A stretch of 64,000 bases of DNA from Octopus sinensis (GCF_006345805.1 NC_043001.1:129704001-129768000); one strand, 5' to 3'. Shown: positions 12,551 to 25,369, counted from the stretch's first letter. The notes: generated by a model not told the origin, from the letters alone. Translations and numbers: made by a program.

Positions 12551-13008
12551 CCAGTTGGCAGAAACGTTAGCACGCCAGGCGAAATGTGTTGCTGTATTTC
12601 GTCTGCCGTTACATTCTGAGTTCAAATTCCGCCGAGGTCGACTTTGCCTTTTATCCTTTCAGGATCGATAAATTAAGTACCTATTTCTTTATTACCCACA
12701 AGGGGCTAAACACAGAGGGGTCAAACAAGGACAGACATAGGTATTAAGTCGATTACATCGACCCCAGTGCGTAACTGGTACTTAATTTATCGACCCCGAA
12801 AGGATGAAAGGCAAAGTCGACCTTGGCGGAATTTGAACTCACAATGTAACGCAGACGAAATACTGCTAAGCATTTCGCCCGGCGTGCTAACGTTTCTGCC
12901 AGCTCGCCGCCTTATTAAGTACCAGTTACTCACTGGGGTCGATATAATTGACTTAATCCGTTTGTATGTCCTCTCTGTGTTTAGCCCCTTGTGGGTAGTA
13001 AAGAAATA
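12551..13008 (+). mobile_element. SINE family B containing a nested antisense family B copy (12682-12910)
   Basis: Inner copy flanked by ATTAAGTACC (12672-12681, 12914-12923); outer copy flanked by GGTATTGG (12543-12550, 13009-13016). Confidence 0.88.
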
Positions 13009-13039
13009 GGTATTGGTGATGGTGTTAGTACTATTAGTG

Positions 13040-13350
13040 AACTTATGAGCCCCAGTACTTATTATTTTTTTTTTTTGTAAAACCTGACAATCTATCAGTC
13101 CCTTTTACAGAACTGTTGGGGCCATAAACACAATACTGGTTGTCAAGCGGTTTTGGGGGACAAACTCAAACGCAAAAGCACACGCACATACTTATAACAG
13201 GCCTCTTTCAGTTTGTGGCTACGAAATCCACTCACAAGGCTTTGGTCAGTTTGAGACTATAGTAGAAGACACTTGCCCAAGGTGCCACACAGTGGGACTG
13301 AACCTGGAACCATGTGGTTGGGAAGCAAACTTCTTACCTCGCAGCCATGC
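13040..13350 (-). mobile_element. Degraded SINE family A
   Basis: CCCAGTACTTATT...AGAAGACACTTGCCCAAGGTGCCACACAGTGGGACTGAACC. Confidence 0.8.
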
Positions 13351-13490
13351 CTTCACCTATGTATGTGTGTGTGTGTGTGTGTGTGTGTACAATACACACA
13401 TTAAAATGGAATTCAAAGTGACTAGTGGTGGTCTGCATCAACAAGATTTGTAGTATTTTGAAAAACTGACAAAATGCGTGAGACTGCCAT

Positions 13491-13491
13491 G

Positions 13492-13532
<41 letters not shown>

Positions 13533-13926
13533 TGTGTACAGTGCTCAGGTGCACTACAACTCATCTAAAGTGTATATATAATCAGGTGTAGTTTCGGCGG
13601 ATTTCGAAAAGCATGAGGGCCTTAAAGGATGCAGTGTCATGGCAGTCAACAACTGACGCAGGCAGTTTATTCCATGCTTCAGCAACTCTGAGCGTGAAAA
13701 AATGTTTCCGAAAGTCATGGGAGCTGTGTTGTTTTCTGACTTTGTAGGCATGTCCACATGGAGATCAAAAAGGTGTTCAGTGTTGTTGTTGGTGAGGTGG
13801 TTTATAACTTTATGGGTGTTTACCAAGTCCGTCGCCAGACGCCGGAGCTTCAGTGAATCCATGCCCAGGGAAACAAGGCGCTCAGAATATGGTAGGTGTC
13901 TGATGGAGGGTATGCGTTTGATTTAG
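13491..13926 (-). pseudogene. CR1-clade LINE 3' end with (ATT)n tail
   Basis: Translation RHLPYSERLVSLGMDSLKLRRLATDLVNTHK, then after a frameshift GHAYKVRKQHSSHDFRKHFFTLRVAEAWNKLPASVV...FK; stop at 13582-13584; tail at 13491-13532. Confidence 0.85.
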
Positions 13927-14175
13927 AGTTGAATACTCTAATGACTAAGCTATGTGCCTTCACTCACATACACAAACACGGACATACTAACACATGTTTA
14001 TATACATATGTACATGATAGGCTTCTTTCAGTTTCCTTCTTTCCATTTATCAAATCCACTTACAATGTTTGGTTGGCCTGAAGTTGTAGAAGACACATGC
14101 CCAAGGTATCACAAAGTGGAACTAAATCTCAAACATAGACGTCAGGTAAATCTTAATCACAGGGCCAGATCAACA

Positions 14176-14555
14176 ACTATGATATATTGAGTGAGTGAGA
14201 GAGAGAGAGAGAGAGAAAGAGAGTGACTATGATATATTGAATGAGTGAGAGAGAGAGAGTAAGAGAAAGAGAGTGACTATGATATATTGAGTGAGTGAGA
14301 GAGAGAGAGTGAGAAAAAGAGAGTGACTATGATATATTGAGTGAGTGAGTGAGAGAGTGAGAGAAAGAGAAAGAGAGTGACTATGATATATTGAGTGAGT
14401 GAGTGAGAGAGTGAGAGAAAGAGAAAGAGAGTGACTATGATATATTGAGTGAGTGAGTGAGAGAGTGAGAGAAAGAGAAAGAGAGTGACTATGATATATT
14501 GAATGAGTGAGAGAGAGTGAGAGAGAGAGAGTGAGAGAAAGAGATGGAGGAGAGA
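14176..14555. repeat. Minisatellite, ~56-bp unit, about 6 copies
   Basis: Repeated GACTATGATATATTGAGTGAGTGAGAGAG...GAGAGT. Confidence 0.92.
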
Positions 14556-14624
14556 GAGAGAGCTTACTTTTAGTTTCAATCTACCACTTATATTTAAAAA
14601 AAAAAACTTCCTTCCCGAGTCACA

Positions 14625-14852
14625 TAGATACATAGGGCCAGCTTCCTGGTTTTCATTGTATATATATTCCATATCTGGACAGGACACGGGTCCATCACAC
14701 GATTACTCATTTTTGCCAGCTGAGTGGACTGGAGCAACGTGAAATGAAGTGTTTTGTTCAAGAACACAACACATCACCCAGTTCAGGAATCAAAGTCACA
14801 ATCTTCTGATTATGAGTCGAACACCCTAACCACTGAACCACACATCTCCATT
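14625..14852 (-). mobile_element. SINE family D with a V-domain-like tail
   Basis: Minus strand: GTGGTTCAGTGGTTAGGGTG head, TTGAACAAAACACTTCATTTCACGTTGCTCCAGTCCACTCAGCTGGC, then GTGATGGACCCGTGTCCTGTCCAG. Confidence 0.7.
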
Positions 14853-15017
14853 CTACTTTTATTTACAAAGCATTGGTCAGCCCAAGTCCATAATACTCTT
14901 GATGCAAATCGTCAAGCTGCGAGACTGGACTGGAAACCATATGGCTGCACAATGTGAACCTCTCAGCTGCCTACCTATGCTGGCATTGCCACCACACCTA
15001 TATACATATACAAAAAA

Positions 15018-15249
15018 GGTGGCGAGCTGGCAGACACGTTAGCACACCGGGCGAAATGCGTAGCCATATTTCGTCGGCCGTTACGTTCTGAGTTCAAATT
15101 CCGCCGAGGTCTACTTTGCCTTTCATCCTTTCGGGGTCGATAAATTAAGAACCAGTTTCGCACTGGGGGTCGATGTAATCGACTTAATCCCTTTGTCTGT
15201 CCTTGTTTGTCCCCTCTATGTTTAGCCCCTTGTGGGTAGTAAAGAAATA
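15018..15249 (+). mobile_element. Full-length SINE family B
   Basis: Complete head, domain and tail; TATATACATATAC-like duplication on both flanks. Confidence 0.9.
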
Positions 15250-15325
15250 TATATACATATACACAAAAATATGTGTGTATATATGTAGGGTTGGTGAGGC
15301 ACACAAGAGATACAAAACTCAGCAG

Positions 15326-15624
15326 TATTCTGTTGTGTCTGGGGAGGGTCATTTTCTTTTTGTGCCTTATAATGTAACACACTCACCGGTAAAATTTCCA
15401 CTTATTTCTTGTTTTTATTTTCCTAAAATTTTCGTTGCATCTTGCACGCAACGAAAGTTTTAGGAAAATAAAAATAAGAATTAAGTGGAAATTTTACCAG
15501 TGAGTGTGTTACATTATAATGCCCAAAAAGAAAATGACTCTCCCCAGACACAACAGAATATTCTTTAACACACAAACTCACATAAAGAATCTTGCAAACC
15601 AAATCCCAAAACTATATATATATA

Positions 15625-15701
<77 letters not shown>

Positions 15702-15953
15702 TGTTGTGTCTGGGGAGAGTCATTTTCTTTTTGTGCCTTATAATGTAACACACTCACCGGTAAAATTTCGACTTATTTCTTATTTTTATTTCCCTAAAAT
15801 TTTCGTTGCATCTTGCAACCTTTTCAATAGTCTTGACTCTGTCCGACACAACAGAAAATGACTCTCCCCAGACACAACAGAATATGCTTCAACACACGAA
15901 CTCATATAAAGAATCTTGCAAACCAAATCCAGAAACGAAATACTCAGCAGTAT
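15326..15953. repeat. Fold-back palindrome (15326-15560) plus a direct third arm (15701-15818) and a duplicated end
   Basis: Arms TATTCTGTTGTGTCTGG...TTTCGTTGC and GCAACGAAA...CCAGACACAACAGAATA around a 9-nt loop; ACTCAGCAGTAT at 15317-15328 and 15942-15953. Confidence 0.9.
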
Positions 15954-17536
15954 ATTTTTCTTTCATTTAGCTGTAAAGTTATATAAGTGACTTTCCAACA
16001 AAGTAATATATAAAAATAATATGCACACACACACACAGAGTCTTTGAGAGGATGTTGGGTTAAGGAATAAAACCTTCATTGCAGTGAAAATATTAACTAT
16101 GTTGAAATGAAGTTTACTTCTTGATATTGCTTTTTGAATAACTATATATACTCGACAATCTTATCAACAGAAATATAGTTGGTTTTCAAATAAATTAAAC
16201 TAAAAGAAAATAAGTTTAGCAAGAAGTAATCTGAAATTCTTGTCGACTATCAAAGAATCTGCATTACTGGTGAAGATGAAGAGTTTTATTCAAACCTGTT
16301 TTCTGCTTGCACACCTAGAATAGGCAACCATTTAACCATTTTACTCAATATTTGATCAAAAGTGCATATTATGTTTTCATTTCTTGTCCCAACAAAAGCA
16401 CATTTACGAAGCTTTTGGTCAAATGCTGACAAACTTTCAATACTTAATCAATCTGAATAAATAAAATTAGTAGAGACAGCATTGCAAAAGCTTATACAAT
16501 TCAATGACATTGGTTTTACCAATTCACTCCAGCCTCCATACACAAACACTGCACAGTAATAATAACACAGCAAAGGCTGAAGTCATTTAATTGAAGACAA
16601 ATAAACAAATAAAGAAAGAAAGAAAGAACTAGATAAAAGCATTAGATTCTTACAGGAACGAAATAGATTTGAAACTAGCATGATGTAACTTGATGTGTAT
16701 ATGTGTCACCATCAATTAGACTACATCCAAGTTACTGATTCAATTACCATGAACTAGCTGTAATCTGTGATTAGCTTAAGATAGAAAATAAGGCTTTAAT
16801 CTATAAATGATGTTTATAACTTACTTCAAGGCTTTATGTAACAATACAGGACTGATAAGCTTCATATACATTACTGCTGGATGTTGTTGTAGTTAACAGT
16901 GGTGAAAAGACGTTAAAAGCTTTATACAATACTACTATATAGAACTGATCGGCTTCTCTTTATCATAAATAAGATCGTTTTTAAAGTTTCTTTTCCTATG
17001 TTGGTGTGGGTTAGAATTCTCTACAGCTTCCTCGGGCAATTGTTTTGATCCAGTATCATTAGTTTTTAATCGTATCTTTTTGCCAAGAGGAAAGGGTAAT
17101 GGTCATGACCCTTTATCTCAGACCTCTGAGATTGATGGAAAAGAAGGATGGATGGAGGGACTCTAACCCCCACAAACTGGGAACCAGACCTGAATGCTTG
17201 CAATAGAGTAGGCTTTTCTGAAAGCTCCCACCCCATGGATCAGGTGGGAGTGTTAAACATGGGTGGTAGACTAAGTCTACAACCCAAGTAGGCTATGATA
17301 GGTTTTGAACTTGAAATGCAATGCATTAGAATGAGTACTACAATGTTTCCAGTGGGGTGTTTTTACAGTCTTGCCAATCTAACAGACCGCAGTGAGATTT
17401 GAACTTGGAGTGCAGAGGGTTTGAACAAATAGTGTGCACTACTCTATCTGATGCTGTAGCAACTGCCAATTTAAGGGTTGTGAATTGAAAGAGTTGTTTA
17501 CACGTCACTCATGAGGACCGACATCCAGAGATCTGT

Positions 17537-17962
17537 TACTCTTTTACTTGTTTCAGTCATTTGACAGTGGCCATGCTGGAGCACCACCTTTAGTCAAGCA
17601 AATCGTCCCCAGGACTTATTCTTTGTAAGCCTTGAAAGGTTTTAGATGAACAAATTGACCCCAGGACTTATTTTAAACCTAGTACTTATTCTATTGGTCT
17701 CTTTTGCTGAACCGCTAAGTTATGGGGACGTAAACACACCAGCATCGGTTGTCAAGCGATATTGGGGGGGGGATGACAAACATGGGCACACAAACACACA
17801 CATATATACACATACATATACATATATACGATGGGCTTTTTTCAGTTTCCGTCTACCAAATCCACTCGCAAGACTTTGGTCAGCCCGAGGCTATAGTGGA
17901 AGGCACTTGCCCAAGGTGCCATGCAGTGGGATTGAACCCGGAACCGTGTGGTTGGTAAGCAA
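17537..17962 (-). mobile_element. SINE family A
   Basis: Reverse complement of family A, with a short internal duplication. Confidence 0.85.
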
Positions 17963-19366
17963 GTCTACTCTTTATAATTAACTTGTGCTTAAATCAGATC
18001 TTAGCATTACTTGTCACCTGATCCAAACAACAAAGGGTTTGGGGATCTGAGTTTGTTGTTTATGAGATCAGAAGAATAACAGATAGTGTTACTATCCAAT
18101 TCCACAAAATATTTTTGACAGGGGCTGTGAGGAAAACTCTTATATGCAAGATTTTCTTCTCTTGTATCAAGAATAAATGGAGGAGGAGTAGAAAGGGGAA
18201 GAGGATTACGGTGGTGGTAATGATGTTGATAATGATGCTGTTGATGGTGGTGATGGCGGGGGTGTTGATGATGAGGCATTTATGATGGTGGTGGTAGTGA
18301 TAACAATAATGCTGATGATGATGAAGATGACGGTGGTGATGATGATATACAATGAGTGAGGAACAGGAAAGGACTATGAACAAGATTGCAACCAAGAAAC
18401 TATAAACTAAAATACATGGTGTGAAGCGGACATTCCAAACATCCAGAGTGAGTGGATGTAGGAATAAATTCACAATTACTATTAATTTATAATAGCATCC
18501 TTTACAGTCCAACCTACACCAAGAAGTTATTAACTGAATTTTCTTACCCCTTACCCACACTATTTTTAAGGAAACACTACAATCAAGGGTCATTCACACA
18601 TTTAGTAAAACCATAATATAATAGTTTCTTTTACTAAGTAAGAATGTGTACGTAGGTGCGTCCATGAAAAAGCCATATTAGGTCAGTCTTTAAATGCTAA
18701 ATTATTTTTAGCTTCGAAAGAAAACATAAATTGACTTTAATGTGAAAAAAAAAAAAAAAAAACTCGGGATACAAACTGGAAATGTCTTAAAAAAAACAAA
18801 AAAAAATATTTGGTGGGGTTTTATTTTAATATTGTTTGGTTTCTTTTTGACACTTCCCCTACCTTCTCACTTCCCTTATTTAGGGAAGAGGTGGTTAGTT
18901 ATGTTTGGTCATTGTTTCCCCCGACATCAAAATTTAGGAGATGAAAGTGAAAATAAAGCAAAATACCATGTATGGTGGTGGTGGTGGTGGTGGATGGTTC
19001 CTTAGGAAGGGATTTGTTTTGGTCTTTTAAAATTACTTTTTTGTTTTTAAATCTACAGCGCTTGGAGTCAAATAAATTTGAAAGACCAGTTTAATATTTC
19101 TTTGAATCAATATTTGATAAAATACTGGAATGGTCGACAGTTTAATTGTAGTAAAATACACACGTACACTACCATATTGGAAGAGGGGGAGGGAAAGGAA
19201 AAAGAGACAGATAGAAAATGAGAAAGCAAAATCGCCAAGAGATAAGATAGAGGATGTTTAGAAATTAGGGCAGAATAACCGTTAAGTAAGTAAATAGCTA
19301 AGAAAGAAAATATAAAAAAAACAAACAAAATAAATATTACAAAAAATTTTGTCTCAAATTTTATAA

Positions 19367-19441
<75 letters not shown>

Positions 19442-19699
19442 GTTGAGTATAATTTTTATTTTTTACAAATATAATTTTGAATTTTGAATTTAATGCTTCT
19501 GTTCATGTTTAGCCATGTGTGTATTTGTCAAAGCAGGCAGGACATTGTATCTTTAAATCTCCAAATGCTCACTGTATTTCTCTCTCTCTCTCTCTCTCTT
19601 TTTTTTTTACCCTTAATGATGTTTTCTTTCCTCTTTTAGGGAGCTGAAGTAGTCAAGGGGACGACTTTTCACAACTGATAACATTCTATATAAGGGCAT

Positions 19700-20670
19700 G
19701 TATGCAGAAGTCCCTAACAAAAATGAATTTTGACATTAAAAGAAAGAGAGAGATAGGTAGAGAAGAGGAGTGAAGAGAAGAGAGTGCAAAAGATTTACAA
19801 TATTTCAAGACAAAGCCTGTATATTTATTTTACTACAAATATGGTTAATATTCTACCTAGACGTATTGAATTAAACTAACTACACAAATTATTCTAAGCA
19901 GAACAGTTGTTTTATTTGTCTAAATCAAAACTAATTTCAATATTAGTAGCAAGAATTTCGCTTATGTCTTTCATAGAGTTTCCTTGTAAAATGTATGCCT
20001 AAGTCCCTTCCAAAAATGAATTTTGATATTAAAAGAAAGAAATTAGCAGAGAAGAGGAATGAAGAGAAATGAAAGCAAGAGATTTAAAATATTTCCAGAC
20101 AAAGCCTGTATATTTATTTTACCACAAATATGGTTAATATTTTATCCTAGACAGATTGAATTAGAATTACTACAACAACTATTCTAGGTGTAGGAGTGGC
20201 TGTGTGGTAAGTAGCTTGCTTACCAACCACATGGTTCCGGGTTCAGTCCCACTGTGCAGCACCTTGGGCAAGTGTCTTCTACTATAGCCTCGAGCCAACC
20301 AAAGCCTTGTGAGTGGATTTGGTAGACGGAAACTGAAAGAAGCCTGTCGTATATATGTATATATATGTATGTGTGTGTATACGCTTGTGTGTCTGTGTTT
20401 GTCACCCCAACATCACTTGACAACTGATGCTGGTGTGTTTACATCCCTGTAACTTAGTGGTTCAGCAAAAGAGACCAATAGAATAAGTACTAGGCTTACA
20501 AAGAATAAGTCCTGGGGTTGATTTGGTCAACTAAAGGCGGTGCTCCAGCATGGCCACAGTCAAATGACTGAAAACAGTACAAAAGTAAGAGAACAGTTGT
20601 TTTATTTGCCTAAATCAAAACTAGTTTCAGCATTAATGGGAAGAATTTCGTTCATGTCCTTCATAGAGGG
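19700..20670. repeat. Old ~300-bp tandem duplication; second unit interrupted by a SINE
   Basis: AAAAATGAATTTTGA...ACAAAGCCTGTATATTTATTTTA...GAACAGTTGTTTTATTTG...AAGAATTTCG occurs at 19711-19978 and at 20012-20186 + 20588-20670. Confidence 0.85.
20187..20590 (+). mobile_element. Full-length SINE family A
   Basis: Complete family A sequence. Confidence 0.9.
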
Positions 20671-21026
20671 GATCTAGCAATTCGCATGTATTGCTACAAT
20701 CTTAACAGTAAAAGGTCAGAGGTTCTACTAATATCACTTCTTGCATTTTGGGAAAATTTTTATGTGACATTACACACGTATATATTTTCCTACTTTCATA
20801 TCAAGTTGGGAAACTGTCATCATATATAAGTAACATATTTCAGAATAAGTTCAGTAGACCCAGACATGGTTGTGAGCATCAGAAGCTTGCTTTGCAACCA
20901 CAACCACTGTATTGAAGTGTAGTAGTGTAGGCACCTAGGGCAAGTGTCTGTTATTAAAGCCCAGAGCCAACCAATACTTTGTGAGTGAATTTGGTGTATG
21001 GAAACTGTGTGGAAGCCTATTGTTCT

Positions 21027-21067
<41 letters not shown>

Positions 21068-21069
<2 letters not shown>

Positions 21070-21215
21070 GTGCAGGAGTGGTTGCGTGGTAAGTAGTTTG
21101 CTTACCAACCACATGGTTCTGAGTTCAGTCCCACTGCATGGCACATTGGGCAAGTGTCTTCTACTATAGCCTTGTGAGTAGATTTGGTAGATGGAAACTG
21201 AAAGAAGGCCATCGT
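21068..21215 (+). mobile_element. SINE family A 5' half
   Basis: GGTGCAGGAGTGGTTGCGTGGTAAGTAG...GAAACTGAAAGAAG. Confidence 0.85.
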
Positions 21216-21232
21216 ATATCTATATATACATA

Positions 21233-21454
21233 TTTGGAAGGGACTTAGGCATACATTTTACAAGGAAACTCTATGAAAGACATAAGCGAAATTCTTGCTA
21301 CTAATATTGAAATTAGTTTTGATTTAGACAAATAAAACAACTGTTCTGCTTAGAATAATTTGTGTAGTTAGTTTAATTCAATACGTCTAGGTAGAATATT
21401 AACCATATTTGTAGTAAAATAAATATACAGGCTTTGTCTTGAAATATTGTAAAT
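21233..21454 (-). repeat. 222-bp inverted copy of 19793-20014
   Basis: Reads by eye as an essentially exact reverse complement. Confidence 0.92.
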
Positions 21455-23030
21455 ATATATATGTTTCATCACAACTGTCCTGAAGTTAAGACAACAACAC
21501 TACTGAAAGAAGAGTAAGAAATATAATATAGTCAATTCAACTAATTTTATTAGTTGCCACAAGAAACAATGCGCAGCTGTGTGCCAAGTTAGAGAATGAC
21601 TATTTTTAAAACCATTTCCATCATTTATTTAAGACAAAAAGGTACACCTTACAATGTGTGTTACATCTCATCTCACATATAATTCTAAACATAATTCAAA
21701 GCTAACAAACACTCAACATCAATTGAAATATAATATAACAGTATAGACACACACACACACCTGCACTAGTTTGGAAATATAATGAAGCAATTGGTGAGCA
21801 TCCTCAGTGTTGGTTCCACTGACAGAGCAAGCTATAAAAATCATAACTAAAAGAATATGGCTTCGATTTCCTTGTATCTAAAGATATGAGAACGAAATAC
21901 TACTAGCTAAAATTATTTGAAACTAATTTCTGGATTCATTATTCACCAAGTTTAAAATCTTATAAATATGCTTTTACTGTTCCTTCATTGAAACTAAACT
22001 CAAACCTTTATTGACAAGCAAATAGATGACAGATAGAAAGACCATACATTAATGGATTGATATGAAGATAGAGAGATGGAAAGATAGTTAAAAAGTTAGG
22101 AAGACAGACAGATAAATTGTTAGATAGATTGATCAATACATAGATAGATAGGTAGATAGATAGATAAAGAGAGATAGACAGAGAAAGAGAGAAAGAGAGA
22201 GAAAGAGAAGGGTGAGTGAGAGAAAGGAAAAGAGAAAGAAAGATAGACTGATTAACTAATTGATAAATAAATACATAAATGAGGTATTACACTGGTAGGT
22301 AAAGACAGATAATATAATTTTATTTTTTATTTATTTTTCCAACAAGAATGAAAGGAGAACAAAGCACGTCAGTTTGAAGATGAGAATGGCTTTTTGTAAG
22401 GGTAAAATGACAAAGGTAAATATCTGGAAAGAATACAGTCAAAATATAAGACAGTTTCAAAGTGAATCCTATTGTTCATGAAGAGTGTCTGCAGCAGGTA
22501 AAGAAAAAGTGACACATACAATAGACCATGAAGTTTTCTCTGACAATGAAATGGATAAGCAAAATGCACAGGGCTGAAAGTATATTCGGCTGAGGTGCTT
22601 CAATGTCATTTGATGAACCTATCCAACAAATTCTGCAGCCATCCAGGAGCCAAATGCATTTCTCAGTGTACATCAAGATTATGTAAGCAACAATGCATAG
22701 GTATGCTGAAGAGATACATGAAGATGAATGAATGAATGATTACATATAAATGTGTCACTTTCAAATCAAACCTTCATCAGTTCATAGCATGGTGTTGCAC
22801 ATCATAGCATCAACTGATCATGTGAGGGAGTGCATATTTGAGCAAGTGTGTATATGAGCATATTGTTATAAGTACACACACATGTATGTATGTTTATATA
22901 TATATATGCACTAGTATTTAGCTACAAATTCTGCATTCAGTCTCTTTGAACTTGTTAATGTGCAACTTTGTATTTCATTGCATAGCACATAACAATAACA
23001 TAGCATGTATGTATGTGTGTGTATGTAGGT

Positions 23031-23250
23031 ATTTCCTGGAAAGTTCCGAGGATTTGGGATTTCCTGGGAAGTTCTGAGGATTTTGTGAACTCCCGGCGAG
23101 TTCCGAGGGTGGGACTTCTTGGAAAGTTCCGATGATTTGGAGACTTCCTGGAAAGTTCCGAAGGTGGGACTTCCTTAAAAGTTCCGAGGATTTGGGACTT
23201 TCTGAAAAATTCCGATGGTGGGACTTCCTGGAAAGTCCCGAGGGTTTCCA
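23031..23250. repeat. Eight-unit 26/28-bp tandem array
   Basis: Unit GGGACTTCCTGGAAAGTTCCGA(GGATTT/AGGT), alternating in length. Confidence 0.9.
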
Positions 23251-23771
23251 GCAAAGTGGTACTGAAACTAAAACAACATGGCTGTAAAGTGAGTTGCATA
23301 ACTACACAGCTAAGCATATGAATGCTTAAGGTAATTGACCTGAAACCGCTATGATATTTTGCATCTTTGAGTAAAGGGGAAAATATTCCATGTATCATGT
23401 CATTGGCTAAATTCTCATCCATTTAGTTTTTGTCTACTCTGCTTTCATCTAGTATTCTTTCTGTTCAACCCTGCGAAGTAAGTAGCTTGCTTACAAACCA
23501 CATGGTTCTGGATTAATTCCCACTGCATGGCATCTTGGGTAAGTGTCTTCTACTATAGCCTCGTGAGTAGCTTTGGTAGATGGAAACTGAAAGAAGCCCT
23601 TCGTACATATGCATATATATATCTGTTTGTGTATGTTTGCGTGTCTGTGTCTGTCCCCCTAGCATTGCTTGACAACCGATGCTGGTGTGTTTATGTCGCC
23701 ATCACTTAGCAATTCAGCAAAAGAGACTGATAGAATAAGTACTAGGCTTACAACATTCTTATTTAAGAATA

Positions 23772-23823
<52 letters not shown>

Positions 23824-23881
23824 TTGGTATAAATACACACACACACAGACATATATATATTATATATATATATATATATAT

Positions 23882-24286
23882 AGGCGCAGGAGTGGCTGTG
23901 TGGTAAGTAGCTTGCTTACCAGCCACATGGTTCCGGGTTCAGTCCCACTGCGTGGCATCTTGGGCAAGTGTCTTCTGCTATAGCCCCAGGCCAACCAATG
24001 CCTTGTGAGTGGATTTGTTAGATGGAAACTGAAAGAAGCCTGTCATATATATGTATGTGTGTGTATATGTTTGTGTGTCTGTGTTTGTCCCCCTAGCATT
24101 GCTTGACAACCGATGCTGGTGTGTTTACGTCCCTGTAACTTAGCGGTTCGGCAAAAGACACCGATAGAATAAGTACTGGGCTTACAAAGAATAAGTCCTG
24201 GGGTTGATATGCTCGACTAAAGGCGGTGCTCCAGCATGGCTGCAGTCAAATGACTGAAACAAGTAAAAGAGTAAAAGAGTAAAGAG
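23882..24286 (+). mobile_element. Full-length young SINE family A (a 5'-eroded copy precedes it at 23478-23752)
   Basis: Near-consensus sequence with (GAGTAAA)n tail. Confidence 0.92.
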
Positions 24287-24907
24287 CATGTTTGTGTGTG
24301 TGTGTCTATGTATGCATGTAAGTTGTATGTATGTTTAAAACATTGTGTGAAAATATCCTAATATAAGTCAAATGATATATGGAGTGAGACTTTCCCCAAC
24401 CCTGACATGTGTGTGTGCGCGCCTGCAATAAACCTAGGTAAAAGTACATGTGTATGTGTGTGTGTGCATGTGTGTGCGTGTCTGTGCATGCATGTGACAG
24501 TGTGAGTATGTTGCTGTGTATCTAATCTCGAAGTAAACCAGTAACAAATGAATGAATTATATGTCAGCAGTGTGGTTTTGTGAACGTATGTGTGTGCGTG
24601 TGTGTGTCTGTGTGTGTGTGTCTGTGTGTGTGTGTCTGTGTGTGTCTGTGTGTGTCTGTGTGTGTGTCTGCGTGTGTGTGTCTGTGTGTGTGTGTGTGTG
24701 TGTGTGTAACTATGATGTATTATCTATCTTTTATTAGTGAACTGACATAATGTATTGAAATATATGTGAATATGTGTGCCTGCTGCACTAATGCACACAC
24801 ACACACTCACACGCAATAAAAAACATACATGTGTATATGTGTGAATGTGCATGCATGTCTGTGAAGCAAGTACAAAAGAATTGATATATGTACTTTTATT
24901 GTTTTAC

Positions 24908-24908
24908 A

Positions 24909-24940
<32 letters not shown>

Positions 24941-25369
24941 ACACACTCATACACACACACACACATACACACACACACACACACACATACACACACACAC
25001 ATACACATACACACACACACATACACACACACTCATACACACACACATACACACACACCACACATACACACACACACATACACACACCACACACACATAC
25101 ACACACACACACACATACAACACACACTCATACAACACACACACATACACACACACACAACACACAACACACACATACACACACACTCATACACACACAC
25201 ATACACACACACACACACACACATACACACATACACACACACACAATACACACACACACACACACATACACACACACTCATACACACACACACATACACA
25301 CACACTCATACACACACACACATACACACACACACACACACACATACACACCACACACACACACACACC

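Noticed and set aside
15800-15842. Minus-strand CUAUUGA...GUUGC/GCAAC-GAAA as a hammerhead
   Set aside because: The core deviates at two invariant positions and there is no NUH/stem I pairing
19620-19682. Strong acceptor followed by GAEVVKGTTFHN*
   Set aside because: No donor or poly(A) support, and all frames close within 13 codons
22340-22720. Non-repetitive island with overlapping 66-aa ORFs
   Set aside because: Stops in all plus-strand frames and no recognisable family; possibly an ancient TE remnant
23031-23250. CRISPR-like appearance of the 26/28-bp array
   Set aside because: The units are contiguous with no unique spacers, there are no cas genes, and the context is eukaryotic
22955-23422. 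155-aa minus-strand ORF
   Set aside because: Its length comes from the tandem array; no domain recognised and no splice support
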